Positions 26,324 to 35,515 of a DNA stretch of 47,033 bases are shown in pieces (position 1 is the first letter of the stretch; every line of letters starts with the position of its first letter). Source of the DNA: a virus (Duplodnaviria; Caudoviricetes); the IMG/VR virus record IMGVR_UViG_3300043411_000506, positions 1-47,033 of that record. One strand, given 5' to 3'. The notes under the pieces were generated by a model. That model made no database searches. It saw only the letters and a program-made list of their open reading frames with translations, and was not told the origin of the DNA. The position numbers were made by a program, and so were the translations under genes.

Positions 26324-26709
26324 GTCCCACAATCCTCGCCGTGAACTTTCTTGCATGGGCCTTTACACGACGCTGGCAAGCAGGACTTCTTGAAAGCCTC
26401 ATCACCGCGAGCGTATGAGTCACGCCATTCGACTCCTGGTGAATAGAACCGAATCCGGAGGTTGTGCACCAAGTAATGGTCCATCCACTCTGCAGGGCGG
26501 TACTCGATGCATTGCACACCGCGATCGTAGAACCCACGTGTAATCGTGAACAGCTTCGGTCCGGTGCCGTCCAACAGGTCTACCTCGAAATCCATGGCTG
26601 GTCCGAGGTGAGTGCCGAACTTGGCAGGTTGGCTGATCACGTAGTACAGGTACGGCGTTTCAGGGTCAACGCTCTTGATGAAATCACGGATGGTAAAGCG
26701 TGGGCTCAT
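26320..26709 (-). CDS. Hypothetical protein
   Basis: ATGA-coupled start MSPRFTI. Confidence 0.6.
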   Translation of the reverse strand: MSPRFTIRDFIKSVDPETPYLYYVISQPAKFGTHLGPAMDFEVDLLDGTGPKLFTITRGFYDRGVQCIEYRPAEWMDHYLVHNLRIRFYSPGVEWRDSYARGDEAFKKSCLPASCKGPCKKVHGEDCGT

Positions 26710-26867
26710 ACACTGGACTCCTTTGACTCTTCGGGCGTCTTTCCGCCTGGCAGACAAACCCAGACGGTCAGGCAAGGAATGAAATTGATACAGAAACGCT
26801 TGTTGTACGGCGAGTAATGCACACCCAACCACACAGCACCCAACTGGAATTTGAAGCCGAATCGCAT
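26706..26867 (-). CDS. Small hydrophobic hypothetical protein
   Basis: AAAGGA SD; MRFGFKFQLGAVWLGVHYS...CINFIPCLTVW. Confidence 0.6.
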   Translation of the reverse strand: MRFGFKFQLGAVWLGVHYSPYNKRFCINFIPCLTVWVCLPGGKTPEESKESSV

Positions 26868-26868
26868 T

Positions 26869-27162
26869 TCAATCCTTTCGTGGTGGACCACCACGGTGTT
26901 GCTTGGACCATTCATAGTCATGGCCGTCTGGGGTCTTTCCGTTTTCCACGGAGTTCACACCAGGCTTGCCAACATTGTCAGCCAATTCGGTGTTGATTAC
27001 CACGTGCGAACACTTTGCGTCTTTGCGCTTTTCAGCCGCAAAATTCAAAGCTTCAGACAATTGGGTGTCGTTGAATTCCTTGAACTGCGCAGCTCGGTCA
27101 ACGAAAGGCGCCAAGCCGCTGTCTTCAATCCAAGTCTCAATCCACAAAACGGCGATGCTCAT
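26869..27162 (-). CDS. Hypothetical protein
   Basis: ATGA-coupled start MSIAVLW; VGKPGV...PDGHDYEW. Confidence 0.65.
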   Translation of the reverse strand: MSIAVLWIETWIEDSGLAPFVDRAAQFKEFNDTQLSEALNFAAEKRKDAKCSHVVINTELADNVGKPGVNSVENGKTPDGHDYEWSKQHRGGPPRKD

Positions 27163-27431
27163 ACACGCTTCTTTCGAGAGTAGTGCACCAACATCACAAT
27201 CCAAAGAGTGTTTGCAGCGGTGATGCACAGGCCAGCATAGAAGCTGTACCACTGATCAAGGTGCGGATAGTAGAACACGTTCCACACGCCCCACAGGAAG
27301 AAGAACGCGGTGCTGAGCAAACTCACACCCGCAACTTGCTTCGCCTTGAACAGCACACGACAATGGTTCAAGATGAACACAGCTCCTACCAATTCGAAGA
27401 GCCCGTTAATTTGGTCTGGGGTTAAACTCAT
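27159..27431 (-). CDS. Three-TM membrane protein, PQ-loop/SemiSWEET-like
   Basis: Three hydrophobic helices and a KxVAGVS loop; start could be 27431 or 27440. Confidence 0.55.
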   Translation of the reverse strand: MSLTPDQINGLFELVGAVFILNHCRVLFKAKQVAGVSLLSTAFFFLWGVWNVFYYPHLDQWYSFYAGLCITAANTLWIVMLVHYSRKKRV

Positions 27432-27474
27432 AAGTTCCATTATGTCACACCCCGCCCATTTCGTGTGCGCAGTT

Positions 27475-28302
27475 TCAGGTCACCGAAGAACCGACCAAGC
27501 CGTGCTGGCGGAGAATCTTGCGACCTGCGGTCTGACGAGAAGAGTAGTGCATACCATGTGGGCTCATGTCGCGGCCCTTCGGCTTCACGTACGCGTAGTC
27601 ATTCACCCAAGTTGGGTGGCCGATTTTTGCGCGTTCGTCTCCAGTCATGGCACGCCAATTCTCATAGCCCACCGCCATCGGGCGCTCGTAAACCAGGCGA
27701 GCAGGTGGGGTCACAGCCAAAGTGTACACGTACCACACTCCATCTTCGAGATAGAGGTGGTGGTTCTTGTCGTGTACACGAAAAACTTCAGCCTCTTCGC
27801 GAGCGCGCTTTTCCTTGTACACAGCACTGCCGTAGCCAACGCGCTTCTTGCGGTTGGTTTTGCAGAGGATGCCGGTTTCAGGATGCACGTAGAAGATGTC
27901 ACGGTAGTGTTCATCGATCGGACGATAGCCATCCCAACGATTCAGAATGCAGACCTTACCTTCGTGCATGACTGCGTTGAGTTCAACGAAGTCGCGCAGC
28001 ACGTGAATGTGCACGTGATAGTGCATCCACGAACGCTTGTCGTGATTCCTACAGATTTCGCTGTAGACATCGTCCCACTTCTTGCCGACGCGAGAAGTGA
28101 GAAAACGTTCGAGAGGCGACAGGTGGTCGCCAAAAGACTTACGGGCGCCGCCAGCAACACGGCGAACCTTCATCATCGATTCTTTGCCGCCAGAGAACTC
28201 GTCGTCGAAGACGTCGTTGCCCTTGCAGTTGCGGTGCTTACCGAACTTCTCCCCGCCGCGGCGTGGATCCTCGGTGAGGACCTTGTGCATATCCTTGCGC
28301 AT
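27475..28302 (-). CDS. Basic hypothetical protein (MRxDMxKV N-terminus)
   Basis: GAAGGAG SD; 275 aa; LxPLxRFLxSxVGKxWDDVYSEI and FYVHPETGIL motifs. Confidence 0.75.
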   Translation of the reverse strand: MRKDMHKVLTEDPRRGGEKFGKHRNCKGNDVFDDEFSGGKESMMKVRRVAGGARKSFGDHLSPLERFLTSRVGKKWDDVYSEICRNHDKRSWMHYHVHIHVLRDFVELNAVMHEGKVCILNRWDGYRPIDEHYRDIFYVHPETGILCKTNRKKRVGYGSAVYKEKRAREEAEVFRVHDKNHHLYLEDGVWYVYTLAVTPPARLVYERPMAVGYENWRAMTGDERAKIGHPTWVNDYAYVKPKGRDMSPHGMHYSSRQTAGRKILRQHGLVGSSVT

Positions 28303-28419
28303 GTTTTGCTCCTTCAGTTAAACTACACATGTGTGTAGAAAACAACTGGGAGCGAATGAAAGCGAAGACCATGATGGGTTTCCTAGATTGATGTTGTTGC
28401 TAATTCTATGCTGATCCTA

Positions 28420-29148
28420 TCAAAGGATTGGCTTTGATTTCAGGTTCTTCGCTTTCATTGAAGCGGACTTCTTTGCCTTGACTTCAGGTCTGTTGGAACA
28501 CTCTTTCATTTTGACGAAGCGAGCCTCGCGCTCCTCAGGAGTTTCAGCGGCTAGACGAGCTAGCATTGACGCTCTCTTTTTAGCGCTGACTTCTTCCTTG
28601 CTCATTCGTTCCTTATGAGCAAGCCTATTTACTTCATCTGAATAGTGTTGGCGTAGGCCGTTGCTAAGATTCGCCTTCTGTTCTTCAGTTCGCTTCTTAC
28701 CAATCCGCTTTGCAACTTGTTGTGCAACCACCTCTGGATCATGTTTCTTTCCACGCATTCCAGTCATGCGGCCAGAATCCCATGCCTCTTTCATTGAAGC
28801 AGACATCTTCTGTCGAGTTTCTTCTTTTGCCTTACTACCAGGGTAGTTCCCAGTTCCACCAGTGCGAAGGTTCATACAAAGAGGATCTTTCAAGGTGTCG
28901 GGATTTACCAGTTCTTCCTCCCGTAAAGCAAGGCGCTCACGATCGGGGTGGTGCTCCAAGACCTCGCATCTGTGTTGTTCCCTGCCGTACTTCTTGATTG
29001 ATTTCCAAAGCACTTGCCCAGATCCAAGGTACCCATCATCAAGATCGTTCGTCGAATGCATCCCAATGTAGTACCTACCCGTGACCAGACAGGTCGTCTT
29101 GTAGATGATGTGGTACTTGCGGCGTGAAGCGCGAACAGGTTCAGACAT
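28420..29148 (-). CDS. Free-standing Seg-like GIY-YIG homing endonuclease
   Basis: IIYKTT...YYIGMH...DGYLGSG, CMNLRTGG and NUMOD3 repeats; start reassigned to MSEPVR. Confidence 0.88.
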   Translation of the reverse strand: MSEPVRASRRKYHIIYKTTCLVTGRYYIGMHSTNDLDDGYLGSGQVLWKSIKKYGREQHRCEVLEHHPDRERLALREEELVNPDTLKDPLCMNLRTGGTGNYPGSKAKEETRQKMSASMKEAWDSGRMTGMRGKKHDPEVVAQQVAKRIGKKRTEEQKANLSNGLRQHYSDEVNRLAHKERMSKEEVSAKKRASMLARLAAETPEEREARFVKMKECSNRPEVKAKKSASMKAKNLKSKPIL

Positions 29149-29203
29149 ACGAAAATAGGGCTGTGGTTCAGACAGCCCTATTAGCGTTACGGCAGTTTTG
29201 TTC

Positions 29204-30736
29204 CTACAAAATACTGAATGGGACGTAGTCCCCAGTGTCGTCCATGCCAGCTTCAGGGTCAACATACTCGTTGACCTTCTGGAAGGCTTCTTCATTGTAC
29301 TCGGAAAGACGCTTGAGCAAGCGCATGATACCGAGCGTGGCCATAACCGAGTCGTCAGTCGTGCCTGCTTTCGCTTCGTACCCATTGCCCTTGGAGACAA
29401 AGTGCTTGAGCTCGAAGATCAGGTCCTCAGACTTGATGTTGATACCGTTGGTAATTTTCTCTACGAGGTTCTTGAGTTGCAGAGCAGCAAGAACCTTCTG
29501 TCGACCAGTAGTGAACACCCCGAATTTTGCTGGGTGATCGGACACGAGCTCAGCCGTTTCGATTTGATGCTCATCGTTGTAGTACAGCGCAGATACCGCT
29601 TCACCAATACCATTTCGCTCGAACGTCCAAAGTACTTCCGCGCGCCCGTTACCCTTATGCTCTGTTAGCTTTCTGAGCAACCAAGTTAGCTTAGCGTAGA
29701 TCAGCGGAATGTTGACGTCATTCGATCGATACTCAGCGATCTGATTCAGGCCTGGGAAGTCGAAGACTTCGATGGACGTAAAGTCGCGACCACTACCGGT
29801 TGCTGGGTCCATTGACACCATGTAGATCTTATTGCGACCACCAAGCTCTTCTTCAGGAACCCAGAACTTAAAGCCCAGAGATTCGAAGACCGGCTTCTCA
29901 TAACGGAGTTGAGCAAGACGGTGAGCGTTCACGAGCAACGCGTCAGATGACAGGAACTCGCAGTCAAGTTCTTGCTTGGCCTTGATCGGGCCAAGCTTAC
30001 TGGCCATATCATCGTACCATGCTTTGTTTCGTTCTGGGTGACGCCACCACAAGAACTCGAGCGGCTTGAACGTATTCTGCTTGCTCTTGGCTGCGAACCA
30101 CAGACGAGCGAACAGGTCTGAGTCGCCGTTTGGTGTTGAGGTGATGATGAACTTACCGCCTGTACCAAGAGCTGGCGTCAGCGATGCCCACATTTCTTCT
30201 TGAATGCGGCGTGAGATGAACGCAATTTCGTCCAGGAAGATGATGGAAGGTGAGCTACCACGACCGGTCTTTTCAGACGTCGCTTCACAAATGATCTTCG
30301 ATCCGTTGTCAAACTCAATCGATGTTCGGTTGTAGAACTTACAGCCGGCCTTCAACCAATGCGGCAGTTCTTCGTAAGCGAACTTGATACGAGACTGAAT
30401 TTCAACGGCGTGTGCCATAGCCTTCGAGGCGATAACACAACGCTTGTCTTGATTGAACAACGCGAACCACAGGATGTACATGGCCGCAACGGTGGTCTTA
30501 CCCATCTGACGAGAGCACAAGAGCATCGTGTCCTTGTTCTCGTGAATGGCGTTCACCATCTCAATCTGATAATCGTAGAGTTCGAACGGAACGGAACCAT
30601 GAACTGGGTGCGTGATTCGAACGTACTTCGTAAGGAAGTAGATTGGGTCAGCGGCGCAGCGCTTCAACTCCATAACGGAGTCAGGAGTGTACTCACTCGA
30701 TTCATGAGCACGCTTTAGGTTTGGGTTTTTAGCCAT
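29204..30736 (-). CDS. 17: Terminase large subunit (T4 gp17-like)
   Basis: LYDYQ, SRQMGKTT, FLDEIAF, TSTPNG, DPATG, ERNGIG and DDSVMA. Confidence 0.96.
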   Translation of the reverse strand: MAKNPNLKRAHESSEYTPDSVMELKRCAADPIYFLTKYVRITHPVHGSVPFELYDYQIEMVNAIHENKDTMLLCSRQMGKTTVAAMYILWFALFNQDKRCVIASKAMAHAVEIQSRIKFAYEELPHWLKAGCKFYNRTSIEFDNGSKIICEATSEKTGRGSSPSIIFLDEIAFISRRIQEEMWASLTPALGTGGKFIITSTPNGDSDLFARLWFAAKSKQNTFKPLEFLWWRHPERNKAWYDDMASKLGPIKAKQELDCEFLSSDALLVNAHRLAQLRYEKPVFESLGFKFWVPEEELGGRNKIYMVSMDPATGSGRDFTSIEVFDFPGLNQIAEYRSNDVNIPLIYAKLTWLLRKLTEHKGNGRAEVLWTFERNGIGEAVSALYYNDEHQIETAELVSDHPAKFGVFTTGRQKVLAALQLKNLVEKITNGINIKSEDLIFELKHFVSKGNGYEAKAGTTDDSVMATLGIMRLLKRLSEYNEEAFQKVNEYVDPEAGMDDTGDYVPFSIL

Positions 30737-31308
30737 CAGTCTTCGACGAATTTACGAACGATCTCGACAGTCCGTGGGTGTGTCAACACCTCGAAATGAT
30801 TCGCTTTGATTTCCACTTTCTTGCCGTAAGACAACGCCCGTTGGCTCGCCACCGTGACAATACTGTCACAGGGCTCTAAAGAAAATGGCAATGATCCGGC
30901 GGTAGTAATCACGGAGAGAACGTGGCATGGCGCTTGCTCTTTGGCAAAGCGCAGAATTGCCGGACTCCCTGGAGTCAGATCATGAAGGATTGGTAGACCA
31001 TGAAGCCACCACCGCCACCAGTGAGCGAACTTTGACCCACCCATTGGGGCAGACAGGGTGACAACCTTTTGGATGTCATACGTCTTCTCGAGGGCAATCA
31101 GCATCGCTATTACCCCACCAAGAGAATGTCCTACAAGAGTCAACGGCTCCGACTTAGGCAGTTGTTTGACTACCTGGTTCACCGATTCATTCAGATGCTG
31201 ATACGATCGGTAGTTGATTTTCGGAGTGCCACCGAGTTCGCTCGCCAAATAGGAGAACGAATTGTGGCTCGAGTTGAGTCCGTGGATATAGCACAAGGTG
31301 GAGCTCAT
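30736..31308 (-). CDS. Alpha/beta hydrolase (lipase/esterase-like)
   Basis: IHG, GHSLGG nucleophile elbow, DSIV and NH catalytic residues; coupled to the terminase gene. Confidence 0.85.
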   Translation of the reverse strand: MSSTLCYIHGLNSSHNSFSYLASELGGTPKINYRSYQHLNESVNQVVKQLPKSEPLTLVGHSLGGVIAMLIALEKTYDIQKVVTLSAPMGGSKFAHWWRWWLHGLPILHDLTPGSPAILRFAKEQAPCHVLSVITTAGSLPFSLEPCDSIVTVASQRALSYGKKVEIKANHFEVLTHPRTVEIVRKFVED

Positions 31309-31340
31309 ATCGTATTTACCTCCACCGGCCGATCAACCCG

Positions 31341-31592
31341 TCAGGATTGTTCGTATTCTGTGACGATTGCGTTGATTCGTTGAAACAGGGTGCCCTCGGC
31401 GATGCCCGCGGCAAGGAGTTTAGAGTCCTTACCACCGTACTTCTCCGCTTGCTTGTGCACCATCTGGTGCAACACCTTCATGGCTTTCATGATTTCTGCC
31501 GCAGTATGCGGCTTGCCATTGCCCTTGTTTGGCAGATCATCGAGCTTGTTGAACTCAATTTCTGCTGGAGCAAAATCAGATGGAGAACCCAT
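31341..31592 (-). CDS. Hypothetical protein
   Basis: AAGGA SD; 83 aa. Confidence 0.6.
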   Translation of the reverse strand: MGSPSDFAPAEIEFNKLDDLPNKGNGKPHTAAEIMKAMKVLHQMVHKQAEKYGGKDSKLLAAGIAEGTLFQRINAIVTEYEQS

Positions 31593-31600
31593 ATCAATCC

Positions 31601-32329
31601 TTAAGATGCTGCGTTAGGGAACGACTTACCAGTTCCCCAAATTATTCGAACTGCGCCAGCGCCACCGGACCCGTTTGCGCCACCGCCACCGCCATAAGCA
31701 CCGCCGCTGCCACCAACAGAACTGGAACCGTTACTACCGCCTGAACCGCCCTTACCAGCGCCAGAACCAGTGACACCGTTCGCACCAGTCGCGCCTTCAC
31801 CAAGCAATCCAACACCGCCACCTGCGTATGACGTAGCACCGGAACCGCCAGCACCGCCAGAGCCTGCGGTCGCGCCAGAACCACCAGTACCAGAATAACC
31901 ACCAGCACCACCGCCACGTGATGATGCGCCAGCGCCTCCTGCGCCACCAGATCCAGCTTTGACTACTCCGCCTGGGGCGAGGTTGTTTATTGTTCTCAGT
32001 GCTCCACCAGCGCATACCGTGGAGGCATTTATGAAATATGAGTCACCGCCGGAAGTTCCGGATGGGTTACTCTTCAGGTTAGGACCGCCAGCGCCAACCA
32101 CAACCGTGTACGTCTGACCTGGAGTAACTGTGATGTTGTTAGCATACGCCAAAGCGCCACCAGCGCCGGCGCTACCGTTGTTTTGTCCACCGCCGCCACC
32201 ACCAACACAGACAACACAAACGCTTGTGACGCCTTCAGGACATACCCAAGAGTATGTGCCAGGTGACACGTACTGCGCACTTCCTGCCACAGGTGTCGTA
32301 TCCGCGTATGTAAAGATGATCACGCTCAT
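31601..32329 (-). CDS. Glycine-rich fibre tip / virion protein
   Basis: GTYSWVCPEGVTSVCVVCVGGGGGG, VTPGQTYTVVVGAGG and GAVRIIWG, typical of phage Gly-rich domains. Confidence 0.8.
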   Translation of the reverse strand: MSVIIFTYADTTPVAGSAQYVSPGTYSWVCPEGVTSVCVVCVGGGGGGQNNGSAGAGGALAYANNITVTPGQTYTVVVGAGGPNLKSNPSGTSGGDSYFINASTVCAGGALRTINNLAPGGVVKAGSGGAGGAGASSRGGGAGGYSGTGGSGATAGSGGAGGSGATSYAGGGVGLLGEGATGANGVTGSGAGKGGSGGSNGSSSVGGSGGAYGGGGGANGSGGAGAVRIIWGTGKSFPNAAS

Positions 32330-34992
32330 GCTGTCAACGTTCCCTTAAGGGTGATGCCGATATTCGCTAGCGTCGCGTCTTGCGAGCCTGGTGCAACAAT
32401 CTGCAGCATGTCACCAGCCGCAAATGTTTGTGACGAGCTGAAAGTAAACGACCCGGTGCTGCTGGCCGCAAACGCAATAGTTCCGATCGACGAACCATTC
32501 TTGTTGATGGTAAACGTGGCGGTGCCTGTTGAAGACGTAGATGCTTTCGCCGAAGATCCAGATAATCCTGCTGGCAGCGAGAACGCGTTAACGACAATGA
32601 ACGTCAAAACATAAGCCGATGCCGCTGGCTTGCCAGTGATTGACAACGCCAGATCATACTTTGCGTCGTAGTGCGTGGTCCAAGCCCCATCGCCGCGCAA
32701 GTATGTGCTTGATGTCGGTGTACCAGAACCAAGACGTGCGACGGCGACAGTGCCAGTCGCGATGTTGGAACCATTCAAGTTAGTCAGAGATGCGCCGTTG
32801 CCGCTGAATGACGAAGCAGACAGAGCACCAGTGCTATCATTGAACGTCAGCGTTGAAGCGCCAACAAAAGCGCCGTTCTTGTTGTATTGGACGTGTGTTG
32901 TGCTGCCAGCTGCTGCAGAGATTGTTGATGGATTTGTCCATGCAACATCCGTGCCGTTGGTCGTAAGAACGAAACCGTTATTCGATGTTTGAGCAGGGAG
33001 AATGTTGTTGCGCGCTGCTTGAGCACTGCTTGCACCAGTACCACCGTTGGCAATTGCCAACGTTCCACCAGCAGTAAGCGTTCCGCTGTCAGTGATTGGA
33101 CCACCGGAGAAGGTAAGACCCGTAGCACCACCGCTTACGTTTACAGACGTGACGCTACCGGCAGAGGATGTTGTCCATGAAGCGGAGGTACCGTTCGTCG
33201 TAAGGATCTTGCCAGAGTTACCAGTTTGCGCAGGGAGCAGGTTGTTGAGCGCACCATTCTGCGTGTTTGCACCAGTACCGCCGTACGTGACGCCAAGCAC
33301 GCCAGACAACGTGATCGTGCCAGACGATGTAATTGGGCCGCCAGAGAAGGACATGCCTGTCGAACCACCACTGATGTCGACAGAAGTAACTGATCCAGAG
33401 CCTGAACCGCCGGATTCAGACCAGTACACAGAGGCACCATCGGTTGCAAGAACTTTGCCAGTGTTGCCGGTCTGAGGAGGCAAAAGATTCGTGACCGCTT
33501 GCGATGCGGTCGTCGCGCCAGTACCGCCGTTGGTGAGCGCCAACGTACCTGAAAGAGTCAGTGCGCCGCTAGTAGTGATAGGACCGCCGCCGAATGACAA
33601 GCCCGTTGTGCCGCCGCTTGCGCTAACTGACGTGACTGAACCAGCACCTGTGTCTGACCAATATGCTGCCGTACCGTTTGTTGTAAGGATCTTGCCAGTG
33701 TTGCCAGACTGAGCAGGCAAAAGGTTCGTGATCGCTGCGCTGGCAGTTGTTGCGCCAGTACCACCGTGTTGAACCGCCAACGAGCCGCCGACAGTGAACG
33801 TTCCACTCTGCGTGATCGGTCCATCTGAGAAAGTGAGACCTGTATCAGCACCATCAATTCCAACTGAAGTAACCGTGCCACCGCCAGCTGGAGTTTCCCA
33901 AGAAACTGTCGAGCCATCGGTTTTAAGGAACTTGCCAGCGTTGCTTGTTTGAAGAGGGAATACATCACCCCAAGAAACCGCAGTGCCGTTTGTTGTGAGA
34001 AACTTTCCAGAAACTTGAGCAGGCAAAAGATTCGTGATTGCGCCGCTTGCGGAAGCCGCGCCTGTACCGCCGTGTTGAACAGCCAACGTGCCAGTCAGGG
34101 AGATCTGACCAGTGGTATTGATCTTAGTGCGACCAGTCTGTGGCGGGCTCATTTCATCGCCACCATTGATTGTCAGACCGACTGTAGGATCGTTGTAGAT
34201 TTGAATTTCGGTTACGGTGCCGCTGACGTTCTGCCAAGACGGCGGAACACCATCACCATTTGATGTGAGCACATAACCAGACGAACCAGCGGCAAGATTG
34301 GTAAGCGTACCATCGCCAACAGTTACCGGAACACGACCTTCTACACCGTCGTTAACAGCAACAGTAGAGTTGAATTCGCTACCTTGCAACGCAAGTCCGG
34401 TGCCTGCGGTGTAAGCCGAGCCAGGAAGAACTTGCCACGACAATGAATCACCGTCGGTAATCAGTGCGGCGCCCTGATTGCCAGTTTGGTCAGGCAGAAT
34501 GTTTGCAACAATTCCAGCAACTGACGTTGCACCCGTGCCGCCGTGTTCAACAGTGAGAACACCATCAGCAATAAGGTCACCTTCAGTTGTAATTGGCCCA
34601 CCACCAAACGACAGACCAGTTGTTCCGCCAATGATGTTGACTGATGTGACTGTACCACCGGAGACTTGAGCTGGTTCCCACGTAGGCAACCCAATTGTGT
34701 TCGAGGTGAGTACCAAGTCGGCGCCAGCTGGGGCAGGAACTCCAAGGAACCCGCCAGAGCCATCACCTACTTGTACGAGAGAAACACCTATACCGTCGCT
34801 ATTGGCGCCGCCGGATCCACCTGATCCGCCAACCGGAACCCACTGTGTTCCGGTGTAGACGTGAAGACCATGATCTATCTTGTAGAAGAGTTCACCACCG
34901 TTAAGGTTGTCGGCTGGAAAATCACTATCGGATTCAACCGTCAAATTGGCAACGACAGAAGTGCCGGTAAGTTCAATACCGTCGAAAAGCAT
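32326..34992 (-). CDS. Fibre/adaptor protein B (MLFDGI family) with six ~80-aa repeats
   Basis: Repeats of G(T/S)VTSV...GPITxxG...GGTGA...NLLPxQ...LTTNG; STYLRGDG block; TAAATA at 35016-35021. Confidence 0.82.
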   Translation of the reverse strand: MLFDGIELTGTSVVANLTVESDSDFPADNLNGGELFYKIDHGLHVYTGTQWVPVGGSGGSGGANSDGIGVSLVQVGDGSGGFLGVPAPAGADLVLTSNTIGLPTWEPAQVSGGTVTSVNIIGGTTGLSFGGGPITTEGDLIADGVLTVEHGGTGATSVAGIVANILPDQTGNQGAALITDGDSLSWQVLPGSAYTAGTGLALQGSEFNSTVAVNDGVEGRVPVTVGDGTLTNLAAGSSGYVLTSNGDGVPPSWQNVSGTVTEIQIYNDPTVGLTINGGDEMSPPQTGRTKINTTGQISLTGTLAVQHGGTGAASASGAITNLLPAQVSGKFLTTNGTAVSWGDVFPLQTSNAGKFLKTDGSTVSWETPAGGGTVTSVGIDGADTGLTFSDGPITQSGTFTVGGSLAVQHGGTGATTASAAITNLLPAQSGNTGKILTTNGTAAYWSDTGAGSVTSVSASGGTTGLSFGGGPITTSGALTLSGTLALTNGGTGATTASQAVTNLLPPQTGNTGKVLATDGASVYWSESGGSGSGSVTSVDISGGSTGMSFSGGPITSSGTITLSGVLGVTYGGTGANTQNGALNNLLPAQTGNSGKILTTNGTSASWTTSSAGSVTSVNVSGGATGLTFSGGPITDSGTLTAGGTLAIANGGTGASSAQAARNNILPAQTSNNGFVLTTNGTDVAWTNPSTISAAAGSTTHVQYNKNGAFVGASTLTFNDSTGALSASSFSGNGASLTNLNGSNIATGTVAVARLGSGTPTSSTYLRGDGAWTTHYDAKYDLALSITGKPAASAYVLTFIVVNAFSLPAGLSGSSAKASTSSTGTATFTINKNGSSIGTIAFAASSTGSFTFSSSQTFAAGDMLQIVAPGSQDATLANIGITLKGTLTA

Positions 34993-35040
34993 AGATGGAT
35001 CCTCGTTAGATCTCTTATTTATCCACTTACGTCAGTGTAC

Positions 35041-35397
35041 TTACTTCAGGTTTTCCATCTTGTACTTGATGCGTGCAATTTCTGCTTGAAGCTCTTCGTA
35101 CTTGTTGATGAGCATGCCTTCATTTGGCAATGAAGACTTCAGGTCGGCAAGGACTGCTTGTAACTGCTGAATGAATTCAACGGCATCTTGCTCACTGAAG
35201 TGATTTGGATCAGACTGTGCTGGGCTCACCGTTTCGCCAGACATGCCCATGTAGATCTCAGCAAGATCATCGGCAAAGTCCGTCAACTTCTCATACAGCT
35301 CGCCAAGGGCCAAGTGCAACGAAAATGATTTCACGCGCCAGTGGTGGACGTGGGCGCAACGCTGCGCCATGAGAAGGTTTCGTAGGATGTTGTTCAT
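35041..35397 (-). CDS. Ferritin/Dps-like four-helix protein
   Basis: HxxHW...HxALGELYE...DxxAE motif and C-terminal KYK; start reassigned to MNNIL. Confidence 0.75.
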   Translation of the reverse strand: MNNILRNLLMAQRCAHVHHWRVKSFSLHLALGELYEKLTDFADDLAEIYMGMSGETVSPAQSDPNHFSEQDAVEFIQQLQAVLADLKSSLPNEGMLINKYEELQAEIARIKYKMENLK

Positions 35398-35515
35398 TTC
35401 AACCCTTGGTTCCCTGAGTTTGCCCAGAAATCGTCTGGGGTTGGTCAACGCCCATAGTCAAACCAAGCACGCCAAAGTCTACGCGCGCTGCCTTACCTGA
35501 TTTGGGAGAGCTTCA

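Noticed and set aside
28420-30736. Intron or intein in the terminase, suggested by the overlapping 28420..29400 ORF
   Set aside because: The terminase is continuous with all motifs present. The endonuclease most plausibly starts at 29148, after a hairpin, as a free-standing gene.
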